Part shown: piece by piece, positions 30,052 through 44,058 of the stretch
How positions within the stretch are numbered: the stretch's first letter is position 1
How the letters are laid out: every line of letters starts with the position of its first letter
Assembly: GCF_009914755.1 (NCBI RefSeq)
Contig: NC_060925.1
Source: the human T2T-CHM13v2.0 reference genome, Homo sapiens
DNA: 64,000 nucleotides
Direction: 5' to 3' (one strand)
Made by a program: the position numbers and the translations under genes
The notes under the pieces: model-generated
Database searches by the model: none
Told to the model about the DNA's origin: nothing
What the model saw: only the letters and a program-made list of their open reading frames with translations

Positions 30052-31178
30052 GAATGTGTATGGATGTGGAGACAGTAAGTACTGGAAGAAAAAGAAAAAC
30101 ATGTTTTTCTCCCTGATCTATGATAGGTTTTGCACATATTTTCTATTTTTTAGGGATTTGTATTTTTTAGTGTCAGGCTTCATTTCAGAAGGCATTGGGG
30201 TTTGCTCTGTGATGATTTATTTGTGTGGAAGAGGGAAGTTATTGGTTTTTCCTCATTTATATGTAGGGCCCCTTACAGGGAAATATTTTTAGGAACATTT
30301 TTATTTCTCTTCATATTTTTTCCAGTTGCGGTGTGTTTGCTTGCTTTTGGGGTTGACTGCCTATATCCCTTTTCTGTGTAAAGTTAGAAAACAAATAATT
30401 AAACAATAGAAGACGTCATGGTACCTATGCATTTGTAGGTGTCATTGTGTTTGTAGGTATCATCTAGTTAATAATGCAGGTGTTCTGAGCCTCTTTCTGA
30501 GATGGTGTGGCTTTCATGGGTGGTGAGGCTGAAAAGTAATGCGGAGAGGCCCTGCAGTCCTTTCTGTACTCTTCTACCCATGTACATTCATGGATGAACT
30601 GTACTGTTGACAGATCTGATTTTTTTCCTGCCACAGTCAGCTCCATTATCCTGCCTCAGGCTTGAACCTGCAGCAGCTGAATCTTGTATTTGCTCTGCCT
30701 GAGGCCTTAACCTGCTGCTCTTCCCTTCATCCTTTATTTGTTCCTTCCTTGTGCCACCTGTTTGTCTCTTCTGGCACTATAAGAAGGCATTCCCTCCATC
30801 TCCTTATTCCACCCCTAGTGGTTTAAAAAAAAATCCCATGTGGCTTTCTTTCACCTTTTGTGTGCTGGAATCTGCCCCAGCAGCTATCAAGATGAGTTTT
30901 CTTCAGACATGTGAATTGCAAAGCTGATTTCCATTTGTTCTAAGCAAACAGACCTCACTACCAAGTGTCAGAAAGGCACACAGGCACTCTGTGCACACTT
31001 AAAAGAAACATTAACAAACAAGAATGGTAATGGGTCCAACATCAATGACACCAAAAGCCAAAGACCCTAGTAAAATCTTTTTTAAGTAGAGACTCAAAGC
31101 AGAGCTCTTATTGAGACCAAAAAATACTATCCTGACACTTTCTAAGAGTACAGCTCCCCACATCTCTCATTCTAGAAG

Positions 31179-31551
31179 TGTATTAGTCAGTTTTCACACT
31201 GCTATAAAGAAATACCCAAGATTGGGTGATTTATAAAGGAAAGAGATTTAATTGACTCTCAGTTCCACATGGCTGGGGAGGCCTCAGGAAACTTACAATC
31301 ATAGCAGAAGGTGAAGGGAAAGCAAAGACCTTCTTCACATGGTGGCAGGAGAGAGACAGTGTGTGAGACTGCAAGAAAAATCACTATTTATAAAACCATC
31401 AGCTGTTGTGAGAATTCACTCCCTATCACGAGAACAACATGGGGGAAACTGCTCTCACAGTCTAATCACTTCCCACCAGGCCTCTCCCTCACCACCTGGG
31501 GATTACAATTCAAGATGAGATTTGGGTGGGGACACAAAGCCTAACCATACA
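31179..31551 (-). mobile_element. THE1D/MSTA-type solo LTR
   Basis: tgtattagtcagttttcacactgctataaag...ggggacacaaagcctaaccataca; TSD agaag (31174-31178, 31552-31556). Confidence 0.9.
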
Positions 31552-31559
31552 AGAAGTGC

Positions 31560-31898
31560 ATTGTGTAATCTGGTAACCACTGGCCACATGAGGCTATGAA
31601 GCACTTGAAATGTGGCCAGTCCAAGTTGAAATGTGATGTAATTGTAAAAAACACACCAGATTTTGAAAACTTAGTATGGAAACAGATGAATGTGAAAAAT
31701 CTCACTGATAATTTTTTCACATTGATGACATGTGAGATGAAAATATTCTGGATATATTGGGTTAAGTAGAATACGTTATTTAAAAATAATTGGGCATGTC
31801 TCTTTTTACTTCTCTTTTTACTTATTTTCCATACAACTAGTAATAGAAAATTTAAAATTACATAGCTTATATTTCTATATTTCTGTTGGACACTGCTG
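31560..31898. mobile_element. MER33-like hAT-Charlie element
   Basis: ccactggccacatgaggctatgaagcacttgaaatgtggc...ggatatattgggttaa...ttggacactgctg. Confidence 0.75.
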
Positions 31899-32549
31899 TC
31901 CTAGAACTTGATTAAAGAATGATGCTTGGGATTTCCGTTTTTCCACCCCTCTGGAATGGAATTCTGAAAGACTAAAATTGACAGATATATTACTATTGTT
32001 TAGGTTCTTTTCAAAATATTTGACATGACATTAGGTCACCAGAAGGAGAGTTTTGTACAATTTAGACACATATTATTTTAAATGGATTTGGTTAACATCT
32101 TTTAAAAAGGCTGCCTTCAATTTTATGTACTGGGTTTTTTTCTTAATAAAGCCTGGTTTCTTTTATTTATATACTGCCTCTTCATCCAACAAACTCAATC
32201 TGTTTTGAGATTAGTTCAACCTTTATGAGGTGCTCCCAGTTTGTACAAGGATTTATAAAATAATATGACTCCTACCCTCAAGAAGAATATACTTCTAATG
32301 AACAAAAACGGGCAGTCAAACTTCCTCTGGTTATGGAATTTTAATAGACCAAGTTGTAAATTGAAAAGAAGAACGGGCTGTGATACAGGTTACATTTTCA
32401 TCATGTTTCATATATTTTTGAGAGTAATTTTTGCAATACAGTTTAACCAAAAGGAACAGTACAACTTCACTGCTGAGGATGAAACCCTGTTGTTGGTACA
32501 AATCACAGATTTGTGAGGCCCCAAAAGTTATTTTTCAGGGTTTGAAAAA

Positions 32550-32810
32550 TACTAATAGTGGACATTTATATAGCACAATATCTAACATAGTTAGATATTG
32601 CTAACTGCTTTGCATTTGAGAATTTGCATAATACTCGAGAATCCTAGGAGACAGAAACAATATTTATACTCATTTTACAGAAGGGCAAATTGAGCTATAC
32701 AGTAGTTGAATAAATTGTCCAAGGTCATCCAGCCAATCAGCAGAGGGACAAATAATCAATACAAGCATTCTGACTGCAAGACTGGGCTTCAAATCTCCCC
32801 ACCGCACTAT
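32550..32810 (-). mobile_element. MIR SINE
   Basis: cattttacagaagggcaaattgagct...aaattgtccaaggtcatccagc (reverse MIR core). Confidence 0.7.
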
Positions 32811-35800
32811 ATCATTGCCATAATATAGATGATTCATGATGACAACTCACCCTGGTTTTGTCTGCTAAATTTTGAAGGCCCCCTGAAATTTGAAGGACAA
32901 TCTCATTTTCACCTTTATTTTTTCTCACCATATCATTTACCAGAAATGAATACATGGCAAAATGATTCACTTTGGTTTCACCCTGTTTTCCTTTGCCTCA
33001 GCACTGTTACTAAAATAACTAAAGCAGAAGAGACAAGTGGTATGAAAAGATGTAGCCTAGATAACCAATACAGTATCTAGAAGTCTCTGTACTTTCTTTC
33101 TTTGCAGCTCTGAACACAAGCCAAATCTTACCCTCGTTCATGGATTTGTATAGAAAATCCATTTGCATACCAGAAGAGAGAATGGGGCTTTTAATGATCT
33201 TAATGGAAACTAGAAATATATTGCTTTCCTGATAACTTGTCATTTTGCATGTTCATCTTCCTGGCACCAGAATACAAGCATGTAAACCTGTGAACTGCTG
33301 CCTATCATTAGAGAAACTGATGTGACATTCCCAGCTCTTGCAGCCTATTCCCATATCCGATTTTTGTGCTGCTACATGCTGGTTTGATTTTACATTTTTC
33401 TCCTGGATTTAAGTTCTTAAAAGCTAATTTCCATTGTCAGCCCATAATAATTCGTACAACGCTCAACACAAAAGCACATTATTTAGAAATTACACTCCCC
33501 ACTTGATCCAGGGATTCTTTCCAAACAAGCCTCTGAGCTACCTTGCAAAATCTTTAGCAATATTCTTGGAACCTTCTGACATTATTTTTAATTAAGGTTT
33601 ACATGTTAATATTGAACAATAAAATGAAGATGGCATAATAACACAGAAAAATTAGAACCAAAGTAATTAGCAGCAATGATACTTGTTCATTGAATTGTAT
33701 CATTGCACATATGTGTCCTTGCCAATTTATAATTTTTTTCAAGTTATTAATTATAACTTCTGAAGCAGTATATTTAAAATACCTCAGGAACCATCTCCTA
33801 AACATCCCTAGATTTAATGAAAAGCTAGTGAATATTGCATTAAATAGCAGCAGAGATGCCTCCCAACCTTAGAGAAATTAGCTGATCTCTAATTTCTCTT
33901 GTCTGTGGACAAGCAACTATTGTTTCTCACATTTTTCCTAAAGTTCATTACCAATAATATAACTTTGCTTTGTTTACATATTCCTTACAACTCAGGTGGA
34001 AATTTTTTCTTTTCTCTAGTTTGCTTTTTTCTTGAAGAAGAAAACAATATGAATATCTTTTATGGTTGAAATTGATTAGGACAAAACCTCACAGATATAT
34101 TAAAAATAGAAAAGTTATTTATTTAATAAAAATGTGTTAGCAAGTGGGGGAAAAAATGCAAGGTGTGTGACAGAAATAAAAATTACTTTACACATGTCCT
34201 TCAAAAAAAGTTTAATACATAGTCAGGTCACATTACTGCACATCAAATTCTCTAGGTCTCTGGCTGCCAGTAGCAATTATCTGTAAAAGAACATGTTTTC
34301 CCCGGTGACTCGCTATCGGGAATTTTTGAGTATACCTAAGCATAGCCTTGAGCAAAACTCCTACGGGGCATATTTGGAATACAGGATTTCATTTGGATGC
34401 AATATCAAGGTTTCAGTGCAATATGTCTATCTATATATTTTTACATCTGTTTTAACATATTGATGTGTTTATCTGTTGGCTTTAATTACATGATATAAGT
34501 ATATATAAATGTAAATAGTACTCTTGAGCTTCCACTCAAGTTTAGTTATGAGGTATACAAATATATTTCCCTAGATGCCTGCATGATTTTATATTATAAT
34601 GATGTCTCCTGAATTTTCATGATTACTTTGCTAAAAAGGTGTTGAATGTTTGCAGATTGCTGAGGCACTAGGTCTCATTCTATTTGACCAGGTCATATTT
34701 CATTAGTTTCCAATGAACAGTGGGGTCCCAACTAGTAAAATCTTTTGTGTCCATCCCAACCTTAGACTGGTTAATCATGAGGTCACCTTTTAAAGGCAAT
34801 TCAAGCATAAGCCCAAATTTTTCAAATATTTTTGTGACTTTTTGCAGAGAAACCAAGAATGGGAAGAATAAATGTTTTCAATTGATGACCATTAAAGATT
34901 CCTAAAGTAAGTTCAAATACTCAAAGGTTAAACTGTAATATGTCTGTCCTAGGAATTTCAGGCATTGATCGAGTAAGCTATGGTTTGGATCGGGATGCCC
35001 CAACAGTGATATTGTAGTTCCCCAAAATTTGAGGCCCCAAAAGATATTTTTCAGAATTTGAAAAATACTAATAGTGAACATTTATATAACCCTCATTATA
35101 TGCTAGATATTACCAAATATTACAGTGTTTCCCTAATATACAGAAATCAATTGTTGGAGTGCCTACTGGGTTAGGATTTAGAAAGGAGCAAAAAGATGTC
35201 ATTGGCTCTGACAATAGGCAGGCAAATAAAAAGAAAGAAAGGCTTTATTTAAAAATTAAATTCAATAATCAGCTCACCTCTTTGCAAGCTTTTGAATAGT
35301 ACATAGCAAGCCCTTCTTTACATTTGAGGAACGGAGCTAGCCAAAATGAAATAATTCACTTTTGTGTCCATTTTCACAAAGAGAATGTATGTCCCTTCCC
35401 TTTGAGTCCCCACCAGCTCACTCGATGTGGCTTAAAGCAACCATAATCCTACAAGAGCAGTGATAAATATGTTGTCAGGTTAGTGAAGCACTTGCTTTAT
35501 AAATGAACCACTGATGAGTCCCTAACATTGGCTAGTGTGCTCAGGGTGAACAGGCAAGGTGGCAGGCAAGGTGAACAATGTTGCTCTAATATTTGAAGTT
35601 GGGCCACATACGCACCCAATTTAGTTGATGGGAGATTTTTAAAGGATCTGATTTATCCCTTCTTCAACATGGGGCCTACCTGAGGGGTTCAGGTGATTTC
35701 TTCTCTAAGAAAATAGTTTAGAAGGTGAGTTTCCTGCAAGTCTGCATTAGTTGGGGAAATCTGGAGAACATCAGTTTTTACCCTAATACATTAGGTTTAA

Positions 35801-38139
35801 TGTTTGCAAGGGCCATGTAAACCATTTGGGATTTTTATAGAGCCATATGCACTTTTATTACTGCAAAGGACAACAGTGTTACCGTCATGATAAATAAAAT
35901 TATTTGCAGGCCTTTGCAGCTTGGGCAATCCAGTGATACTGCATTTTAACTTCTGTGACTACAAAATGTAAATGAAGTTGCAACGGCAGAAATTTTCATC
36001 TTTTCTACTTGTAGTAATTCTCACAGAATCATGAATGCTTTTCTTTCTCTTTTCTGGATCTCTCCAAATAGATCCCATTTATCTGATTGGATTTCTGTCC
36101 CATCTTTCTACATATTACAGCTAATTAGTACCCCCTGATGAGAAACAGTCCACTGATGGAAAAAGCAGTTAGATAAGATCTGCATTAACAAATGTAGTTC
36201 ATTTAATATCATTTGTGCTGCTGCATTATTAATAATACATAATTACCCTGCACAGGCTGGAAGGGGAGAATAAAACTGTTCTTTAATTTCTTGGCCTTTG
36301 CAGAGAAACAGTATATTAGAGAGAGTAAAACAGTATTGGACTATTGGTTGCCATCCATCATAGAGCTTTATGTGTCACACAATTTTATTAATTTGGGGTC
36401 TGGCTAGAATTTCTATATTTCAACACAAATCACAGATTACCCAGAGACAACCATTTTGTGGAATTTTGAAAAGGCCAGCTTTTTATTTCAGAATGTTAAA
36501 TTGGGAAGCCCAAATGGATGACTATCAGAAAGTTGAGATTTTCAGCCTGTTATTGAAAATATTTCACTGCAGTAGATGATGAATGTCATTTTGGTTGGCA
36601 CCTAATGCTCACAAAATTTGATTTAACACAATGGATCAATCTGACTTTATTCTCCCCATTCTCCTGAATCAGGGTGTGCTGGATTAGAAACGGATTCTGG
36701 CAAAATGCCTGTGTTAAAATAATAAAACAAGCAGTGACAGCAGCATGAGAAGACCAGCCGATATTGACTGAATACCTGCTTTATGCCAAGTTTTATGTTA
36801 AACCCTTTCCATGTATTCATTCTCATGACAATCCTATGATGGGGGTTACTATTTTTATTCTAGAGGTCATCCAAGTCTGACAAGACCTCACAGGCTGTTT
36901 TGAAAGGAAAATCTGTAGAAAAGAGGCTATGATCCCTGCATTTTTCTCTGCTCTGCTTTCTGGCTATCAAAATCAAGACTCTTGAATGTGGGTTGCCAAG
37001 TGGGCAGTATAAATGCATACAGAGCTGCCCTAATTGGGTTTCTTTGCACAGGTGAGGCCAGCTGGGATGCAGGCCCAGGAGCTGGCTCAGAAAACTGCGG
37101 ATCCCCTGATCCCAGGTCTCATACCCAAAGGAAGAGAAAGTTGGGGAAAGGTCAAATGGAGGGCTGAACATTGGAGGCATGCTTATTTTCTCTCATTAAA
37201 GCCATTGTATTTCATTCATCAGCCCATTCACTTATTCAGCAAACCCTTAGCCCTACTATACCAAACATTTGAAAAAATAAGAATTCAAAAGAAGGATTTG
37301 AAATTTAAAATGGGGAATAAGGATACTTTTGTTGTCATCATAGAGCTCACATGCCTCTTGCAAAGATACGCTCAAAGATAAATTACTATAATTTGGTGTG
37401 CTGTAGGAACAATGTGGGCACAAAGAAGGGAATGTTCAACCCTGCCCAAGTGGGTCACAGAAGGTTTGACAGAGACCAGAAACTGATTCTTGCAGAATGA
37501 GTGCTGTTTTCCTTGTAGACTAGTAGGAACTTGTTTTCTCCCCGGTAATATTGTTGTTATTGTTTTAAACAACAAACTACAAATTCTGCACTACCTAATA
37601 GTTGAGAGCAGGAAATTCTGTTGCTCATTAGCACATGGCGTCCTTCTTCTTAAGGTTATGCTATCAACATTTCAATATTCCTTCAAAATGCTTTTAAACC
37701 AGAGACATGATGGAATGGTTAGGGTATATGCCAATAATCAATGATGAGGCGAGAAGAAAGATGGTTAGGATGTAGGTTGATAATAGGATTTAGATATAAC
37801 TCATAGAATATCAGTGTAGGACCTTTATTTATAGTGGATTTTTTCCAAGCAAGCTTACAGGTATGTCACAGTCTTGAAATACAAATGATTGTGTTTGTTT
37901 CTCTCAAAGATTTTAATGTTTACAAAGTGTAGGACAGAATAAAAGTTCTCTGAAAGTTAAATAACATCTGCACTGTCATAGCAATTAATTCAGGTCTTAG
38001 TGCATCAAGTCATTTTATTCATCTGCAATTTCCTGTATCATCCATTTCCCCTGCTAAAAAGTGGGCAGCCAGCTCCCTTTCCAAGCTTAAGACACTGCCA
38101 CAGTCTCTCTCCGGCATTGCAAAGAGACAGCCATAGTGT

Positions 38140-38530
38140 GTTATAGTGTGTTGGAGACTGTCGAGTATGCATCAAAACTCATTTTTTCTTCCTCTTGGAT
38201 GGACAGATAGACTCCATTTCCCGCTCTTCCCTGAAGTGAAACAGGGCACATGTCTGAATTCTAGCCAAAGAAATGTGAGCAGCAGTGGTGTCCTCAGTCC
38301 ATATAACTCTGCTGGTCACCCTTCATTCCCTTTACTTCTCCTCTGCCTAGAAGTAAAGTGGAGAACTCTGAGGATCTGCAGGATAGCAGAGGCTCAATAT
38401 GGAAGGAGCCTGGGGCCCCAAGTCACTGCTTCCAGAGAACACCAAACCAAGAACACCTTTCTTTCATTGTTGCATAAACAAAAAAGCAAATTTCCAGGGT
38501 GAAATTTTAGCATTTTTGCTGTGTCAGTTG
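38140..38530 (+). mobile_element. MLT1J-like LTR
   Basis: agactccatttcccgctcttccctgaagtg...gaattctagccaaag...tggaaggagcctgggg. Confidence 0.6.
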
Positions 38531-38627
38531 ACCTCCTCTAAGACTTATAAGCTCCTCCTTTAGATAAACAAAATCTGGAGTATCTGAAGGGTGTGTAAGG
38601 CAGAAGTCATGTGAGGTCTGCACACAG

Positions 38628-38835
38628 CACACTGCTACCTACAGTGTTGGGGGAGTGGCATTGAGCACCATTATCATGCAAGGTGGAGGTGGGTGCCAAT
38701 AATCACCACTATCATGCAAGGCTAGGGTGGGTGAGGGCAGAAGCCACTCTTATGTGGGGTAGTGGGTGGAGTATTGACCACTGCTCTCACATAGGGTGAG
38801 GGAGGGCATTGAACACCACTACCACGCAGGGTGAC
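38628..38835 (+). repeat. Degenerate ~37-bp minisatellite, about 5-6 units
   Basis: caccattatcatgcaagg (38666), caccactatcatgcaagg (38704), gccactcttatgtgggg (38743), ccactgctctcacataggg (38778), caccactaccacgcaggg (38814). Confidence 0.7.
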
Positions 38836-40798
38836 TTGAGCTTTCTGTTTAAGCATCACTTCCTCTTGCAAGCTTCCCTAATCCCGCTGTCCAGGTTGAG
38901 CGTCCTGCATACGCTTCCTTAGACCACTGTACTTTTCCTCTGTGGCACTTAACACACGTAATTAAATGATTGATTTTTTTGTTGAATGACTCTCTTCATC
39001 CCTATAATATAGGCCTTCCTAGGACTAGGACTCCTTCATTCATTGTTGCATCCCCCTGGTCCAGAATTATGTCTGATATATCTGTATCAGTCTCGGTGCT
39101 TATCAAATATCCCTTCACTGACTAGCTCTCACCTTTGAAGTTTTTATTCCATCTTAGTCTTTCACTCTCCTAGTAGACAAGAGATTGCAATTTTAGGAGG
39201 TTATAATCAATTACCTGTAAACCCCTTTCTAATTGGAAGAGATTAGGATTTTAAGTCTTCATTCCCAATAAATATCCCCTTGTACAGCCATAGGAAACAA
39301 AGACACACACATACATTTGCCATCACCATAGAAGCATACAGATATATATCTTAGAAAAAATTTCACCCGACACCCCCCAAGAGCCATCTCCCTACCCCTG
39401 GGCAGCCATAGACACCTAGAGACAGAAACACACCTCCAAAGACACATCCCTCCACTATTGACACACACCTAAATACACATATACATGCTAAGAATCATTT
39501 AACATCTGCCATTTTGGTGACATTTATTCTATGCTTTCTTACCTCATCCAATAAAAGAAATGCATAAATCCCAAATTAAAATAACATTCTCACCTCTGTT
39601 ATCTATTCCATTTTTGGAGTTGCTTTCCTTAAATCAGTGTCCTCTGTGGGAAGAAGTACATGGAGCACAGAGGGGAAAACAAATGTTTCTCCCAAAGTCT
39701 TCCATCATCCTATCATTTACATTGCAAATGTTATCAAAAATGCAAATATATGTGACATATCTAATCGCTTCTAGATCTTATGCTATGATAAACATTGGCT
39801 TGGTTAAATTGTATTTCTAAGAATAAAAGAGCTGAAGGTTTTGTTATTGTTGTTCTCTATATTTAGAGGTGCTTAGAGAAGACTACAATAATATTGTTTT
39901 TAAAAGTTACCCATCCAAACTAATATGTTCGTCATTCAAGGGATGCTGTATTTTGAGTTAAAAAACATGATAGGCAATGTCTCAAGTCAATCCACAATAT
40001 GTGGAGATTATCTGAAAATATTTAGCCCTATGCTGGGAAATGAATAGGAAGATATACAAAAAATAACAATAATAATAAATAAGGCACCATGAAGTACCGT
40101 GAGGGAGACCTCAAAACATTTAATCACTTCTGGTTTTCTTTTTCCATCTGCAAGTTTACAGACATGGCCTCCCCACCTCTGAGTAGCAATTATTGCTCCT
40201 TTCACTTCCCTGATTACCCCCTGATGCCCAGTCCACAGAAAGAATAATATTTTTCAGAGTATGGTCAATCACTTTCAGATGCTGAGGAGGCAGCTCCTGG
40301 CAACATGAGGAGGACCAGCAGCTAATTCAGCCTGGTCTCTTTGCCCCAGACATCGCCTCTTTTTTTCAATGAGTTCTCATCCATGCATATCATAAAGGTG
40401 CTAGGATGTGGGCCAGAGCCAGCCTGAATAGGAGGTGAAGCAAATCATACTGTTGTTCTTTTCACCATCACTGCAAATCTGCACACACCCACATGTTCAT
40501 TTTTTTATGTAGGGAGACCAGGCTTTGGGGAGTATTTAGCACAGCACTCAAGCAGGTGGCATGTGGAAGACAGGAAAAGGCCCCCACCGTTTTGGTTGTT
40601 AGAGGTTGACGATCTAAAAGACTCAGTACTTTATTTGAGCATCAATTCCTGGAGCCACTTTCTCCCTACCTTCTGTCTTTCTCCATCACTTCCCCAAAAT
40701 CTTCTAATTGTACCCTTCAGTGGGCCTGGGAAAATAAATATTTAGAGCAATGGCAATGCCAAGATAAAGTTGTCTCCAAACACTCAAGGAAAAACCGG

Positions 40799-41165
40799 TG
40801 TATTAGTCTGTTCTCATGCTGCTAATAAAGACATACCCAAGACTGTGTAATTTATTTTTTAAAAAGGAGGTTTAATGGACTCACAGTTCCATATGGCTGG
40901 GGAAGCCTCACAATCAAGGCAGAAGGCAAAAAAGGAGCAAAGGCACATCATACATGGCAGCACCCAAGAAAGCGTGTGCAGGGCAACTCCCCTTTATAAA
41001 ACCATCAGATCTCATGAGACTTCTTCACTATCAGGAGAACAGCACAGGAAAGACCTGCCCCCATGATTCAATTACCTCCCACTGGGTCCCTCCCATGACA
41101 CATAGGAATTATGGGAGCTACAATTCAAGATGAGATCTAGGTAGGGACACAGCCAAACCATATCC
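40799..41165 (-). mobile_element. THE1B/C solo LTR
   Basis: tgtattagtctgttctcatgctgctaataaagacataccc...gggacacagccaaaccatatc; TSD accgg/accag. Confidence 0.9.
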
Positions 41166-42429
41166 ACCAGCTCTTCATTAACAGAACTTTTATGAGCTCT
41201 GAGGAAAGCCATAAATCCTTTCTCCTAAGAAAAATGCACATTTTAACACACAAGCATAATTTTGAATGAAACATCAGAATTTTCTTTTTATTCTTGCTTA
41301 ACTGTTCAGTGGACTCCAGAACCCAAAGCCCTGTCATCTCTGTCAGCCTTCTGCAACAATCAAGCTGGCAGTCACACCACATGGAAAAGGATGGGCCTCA
41401 GAGCTAGAGGCCTGGATCTGCTGCCTACCGGCTCCATGACATTAATTTGCTTAACTTCCCTAAGCACTTCATTCCTTCATTCTATACATGAAGATAAAAA
41501 TACCCATCACATACAGCTGATGTTAGTTTTACAAGAACATGCCTTTCTCACCACTATGTCTCTTGTACCTTATAAAATGCCTGGGACATAGAAGAGGCTC
41601 AATAAATGATCCTGCCTGACTGAACAAATGTAAGCCTCTTAGTACAGTTCCTGACTCCAAGTAGGTACTCACATTATTTTCCATGTTTTTGTCACAGAGC
41701 AGGAAATAAACTAAGTTTCCCAAATGTTTCATAAGTGTAACACTCATTCCTCTTTGATCAGCTCCTCTAGGGCATGTTCCCAAGTGGTAATCCAGCAGCA
41801 GGTGGAAAGAGGGTATCAGAAAAGATTCTTAAATGTCAGTTTTAGAGGGATACTTAAAAAAAAACCTTTCATATATATATTTACATCTCCCATATATCCT
41901 GTTGTTTTGTGACTTTCCCTCATTTGATTAATGGTATTTATCCACTTAATGGTCATTGTTTCAGCATCATTTCAAAGCTGACTTTTGTTTGGAGTTGACA
42001 GGCTGGAGACAGATTTGAGAATCAAATTTATAGGGAGAGATAAAGCGATCTTAATTCTGTTAAGATTCCATTAACAAACAAACAGAGTCAGACATGATCA
42101 ACTGGAAACAGAGTCTTACTCAAGGGAGGCACTTTCCAGAAAGAGGGTGAAGAGGAGAGCTTGTCCTATCTGGTCACTGCAGAAAGGAAAATGAGAGACA
42201 GAGTAGAAGCTGGCCCTGGGAGAGGCATGGCAGCAGGCTCACATCTGGGAAGGGAAAGATATGACAGTGGATTGAGGGGAAAGCTGAATTCAGGAAGAGA
42301 AGGGGCTTTTGTTCCATTTTCAAGGGTGGTTCCAGCCAGCCACCTGGACAGCTACAGACAGGTAGACAAAGCATGAATGTGAGTTGGCACTCCTGGCTTC
42401 CCTAGGCTCCCCAGTGGCCTGGGAACAAT

Positions 42430-42880
42430 AAAGTAACAACTGTGACAAGGGCTTATTTTGTACCCAACAGTGTCCTAATTTCTTTACATAGTAAGTCATT
42501 TAATTTTCACAAGAAACCTATGAGAGAGTTACTATGATAACCCTTGTTTTGCATATGAGAAAATATAGGCATAGAGAGGTAATATAACCTTTACAAGTGC
42601 CACAACAGATTTTCTAATTTTCTACTAGCTAGTACTGACCAAGCATGTACCCTGTGCTTACCAGGCACAGTTCTAAGAACTTCACATGTATTAATTAACT
42701 CATATAAACCTCACAAGGATCTTCTCTGTAAGGCAGGTGCTGTTATTAACCCCATTTTACTGATGAGCTAACAGAGGCACAGGTATGCTAAGCGGTTTGT
42801 CTGCGGTCACTTAGCTGGTAAGCAGCAGAGTTGGACATCAAACTCAGAAAAATTGGCTCCACAGTCTATACTCTTAAGTT
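42430..42880 (-). mobile_element. Two tandem MIRs
   Basis: ttttgcatatgagaaaatataggcatagagagg and cccattttactgatgagctaacagaggcacag reverse cores. Confidence 0.7.
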
Positions 42881-43599
42881 TTTTTCAATTTCTGTGATAG
42901 AATATCTACAATTTAGCTGAAAATCTGGCTGGGGATTGAACAAGTCCATAGTGAAACTGAGGCCAAGAGGTGCAGGCTGGGCCTCCAAAGCTGAGGCCCA
43001 GGGGAGTCAGAGCCAGACCTTAGAGGATCCACAGGGCTGGTGTGAAAAGAAGTGGGTCCAAGTCAGCTAGGGAGATGACTAAGGTCTGTGGGAATCTTAC
43101 CCATGCAGGAGAACAGGCACCGAGTTGCATCAGCCACAAACTTCAGCCTAGACGGCAGCAGAAGGTGGGACAAGAACGACCACTCCCCCACCCTCCCCTC
43201 ACCACCACAGTGGGGACCAGCCCAAGGACCAACAGGAGTTCAGCAGGTCCAACCCCAATCCTTACCCTACCTCAATTCCACAAGGTTACATATTAATACA
43301 TTACCCAGTGCCATGTGGAAAAAACAGAAAAGGGAGAAAGCAAATCCTGAGCATTCACCCCTATTTAGACAGAGTTCAAAAACAGACCATTTAAACCAGC
43401 AAAAACTGAGATACTGCGGGCTAGGAAGTTTAAAATAAAGCTCTTTTTATCTGAACACACTGGATGGGATGGTTGTGAGGAAGATTAGATAAGTAACTAG
43501 AAATAAAGAAACGACATATTCTTAGAACACCTGAGTGTTGTGTGAATACAATTACGTGTGAGCTTACAACTCCAAAGGACTCCAAGAGCCTGTCTAATG

Positions 43600-43900
43600 A
43601 AACACCTGCAGTATATTTATTAACAGTTAGGGTGAGGAAATGGGAAACATACTGATCAAACTTGTGGTTGATGCAAAGCTGAGAGTTATAGTAAATACAT
43701 TAGACGGCAGAATGAGAATCTGTAAAGCTAGCCGCTGGCTGGCCCCATGAGCTGTGTATAAGCAGAACAAATTTAATCTGGATAGTTGACCAAACTAAGG
43801 CACAAAAAGCTAATTGAACAAGAACAGTAGCTGAAAAAGGGTGTTCCTATATTTGAAAGATTGCCCTATGGAAGATGGATTAGCTTATGGAGCCCGAGGG
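43600..43900 (+). mobile_element. L3/CR1 reverse-transcriptase remnant
   Basis: ctgatcaaacttgtggttgatgcaaagctgaga...gtaaatacattagacggcaga resembles CR1 LIKFADDTKL...NT..DR coding sequence. Confidence 0.55.
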
Positions 43901-44058
43901 TAGAAGAATAATAACCATTTCTTGAGCCTTTACTGTGTGCCAGGCATCTATACCACCTCATTTAATGCTAGGAAGCTTGCAGTATTATTTCTATTCATTC
44001 AAACAAGGAAACTGGCGTTCAAAGCCCAAGATCAGAAAGCTAGCAGGTGGAAGAACCA

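Noticed and set aside
29128-30066. tgtatggatgt at both 29128 and 30056, near the inverted repeat
   Set aside because: An 11-bp match that does not extend; cannot be distinguished from chance.
38628-38835. CRISPR-like repeat/spacer periodicity
   Set aside because: Eukaryotic DNA, degenerate units, spacers related to each other, no cas genes; it is a minisatellite.
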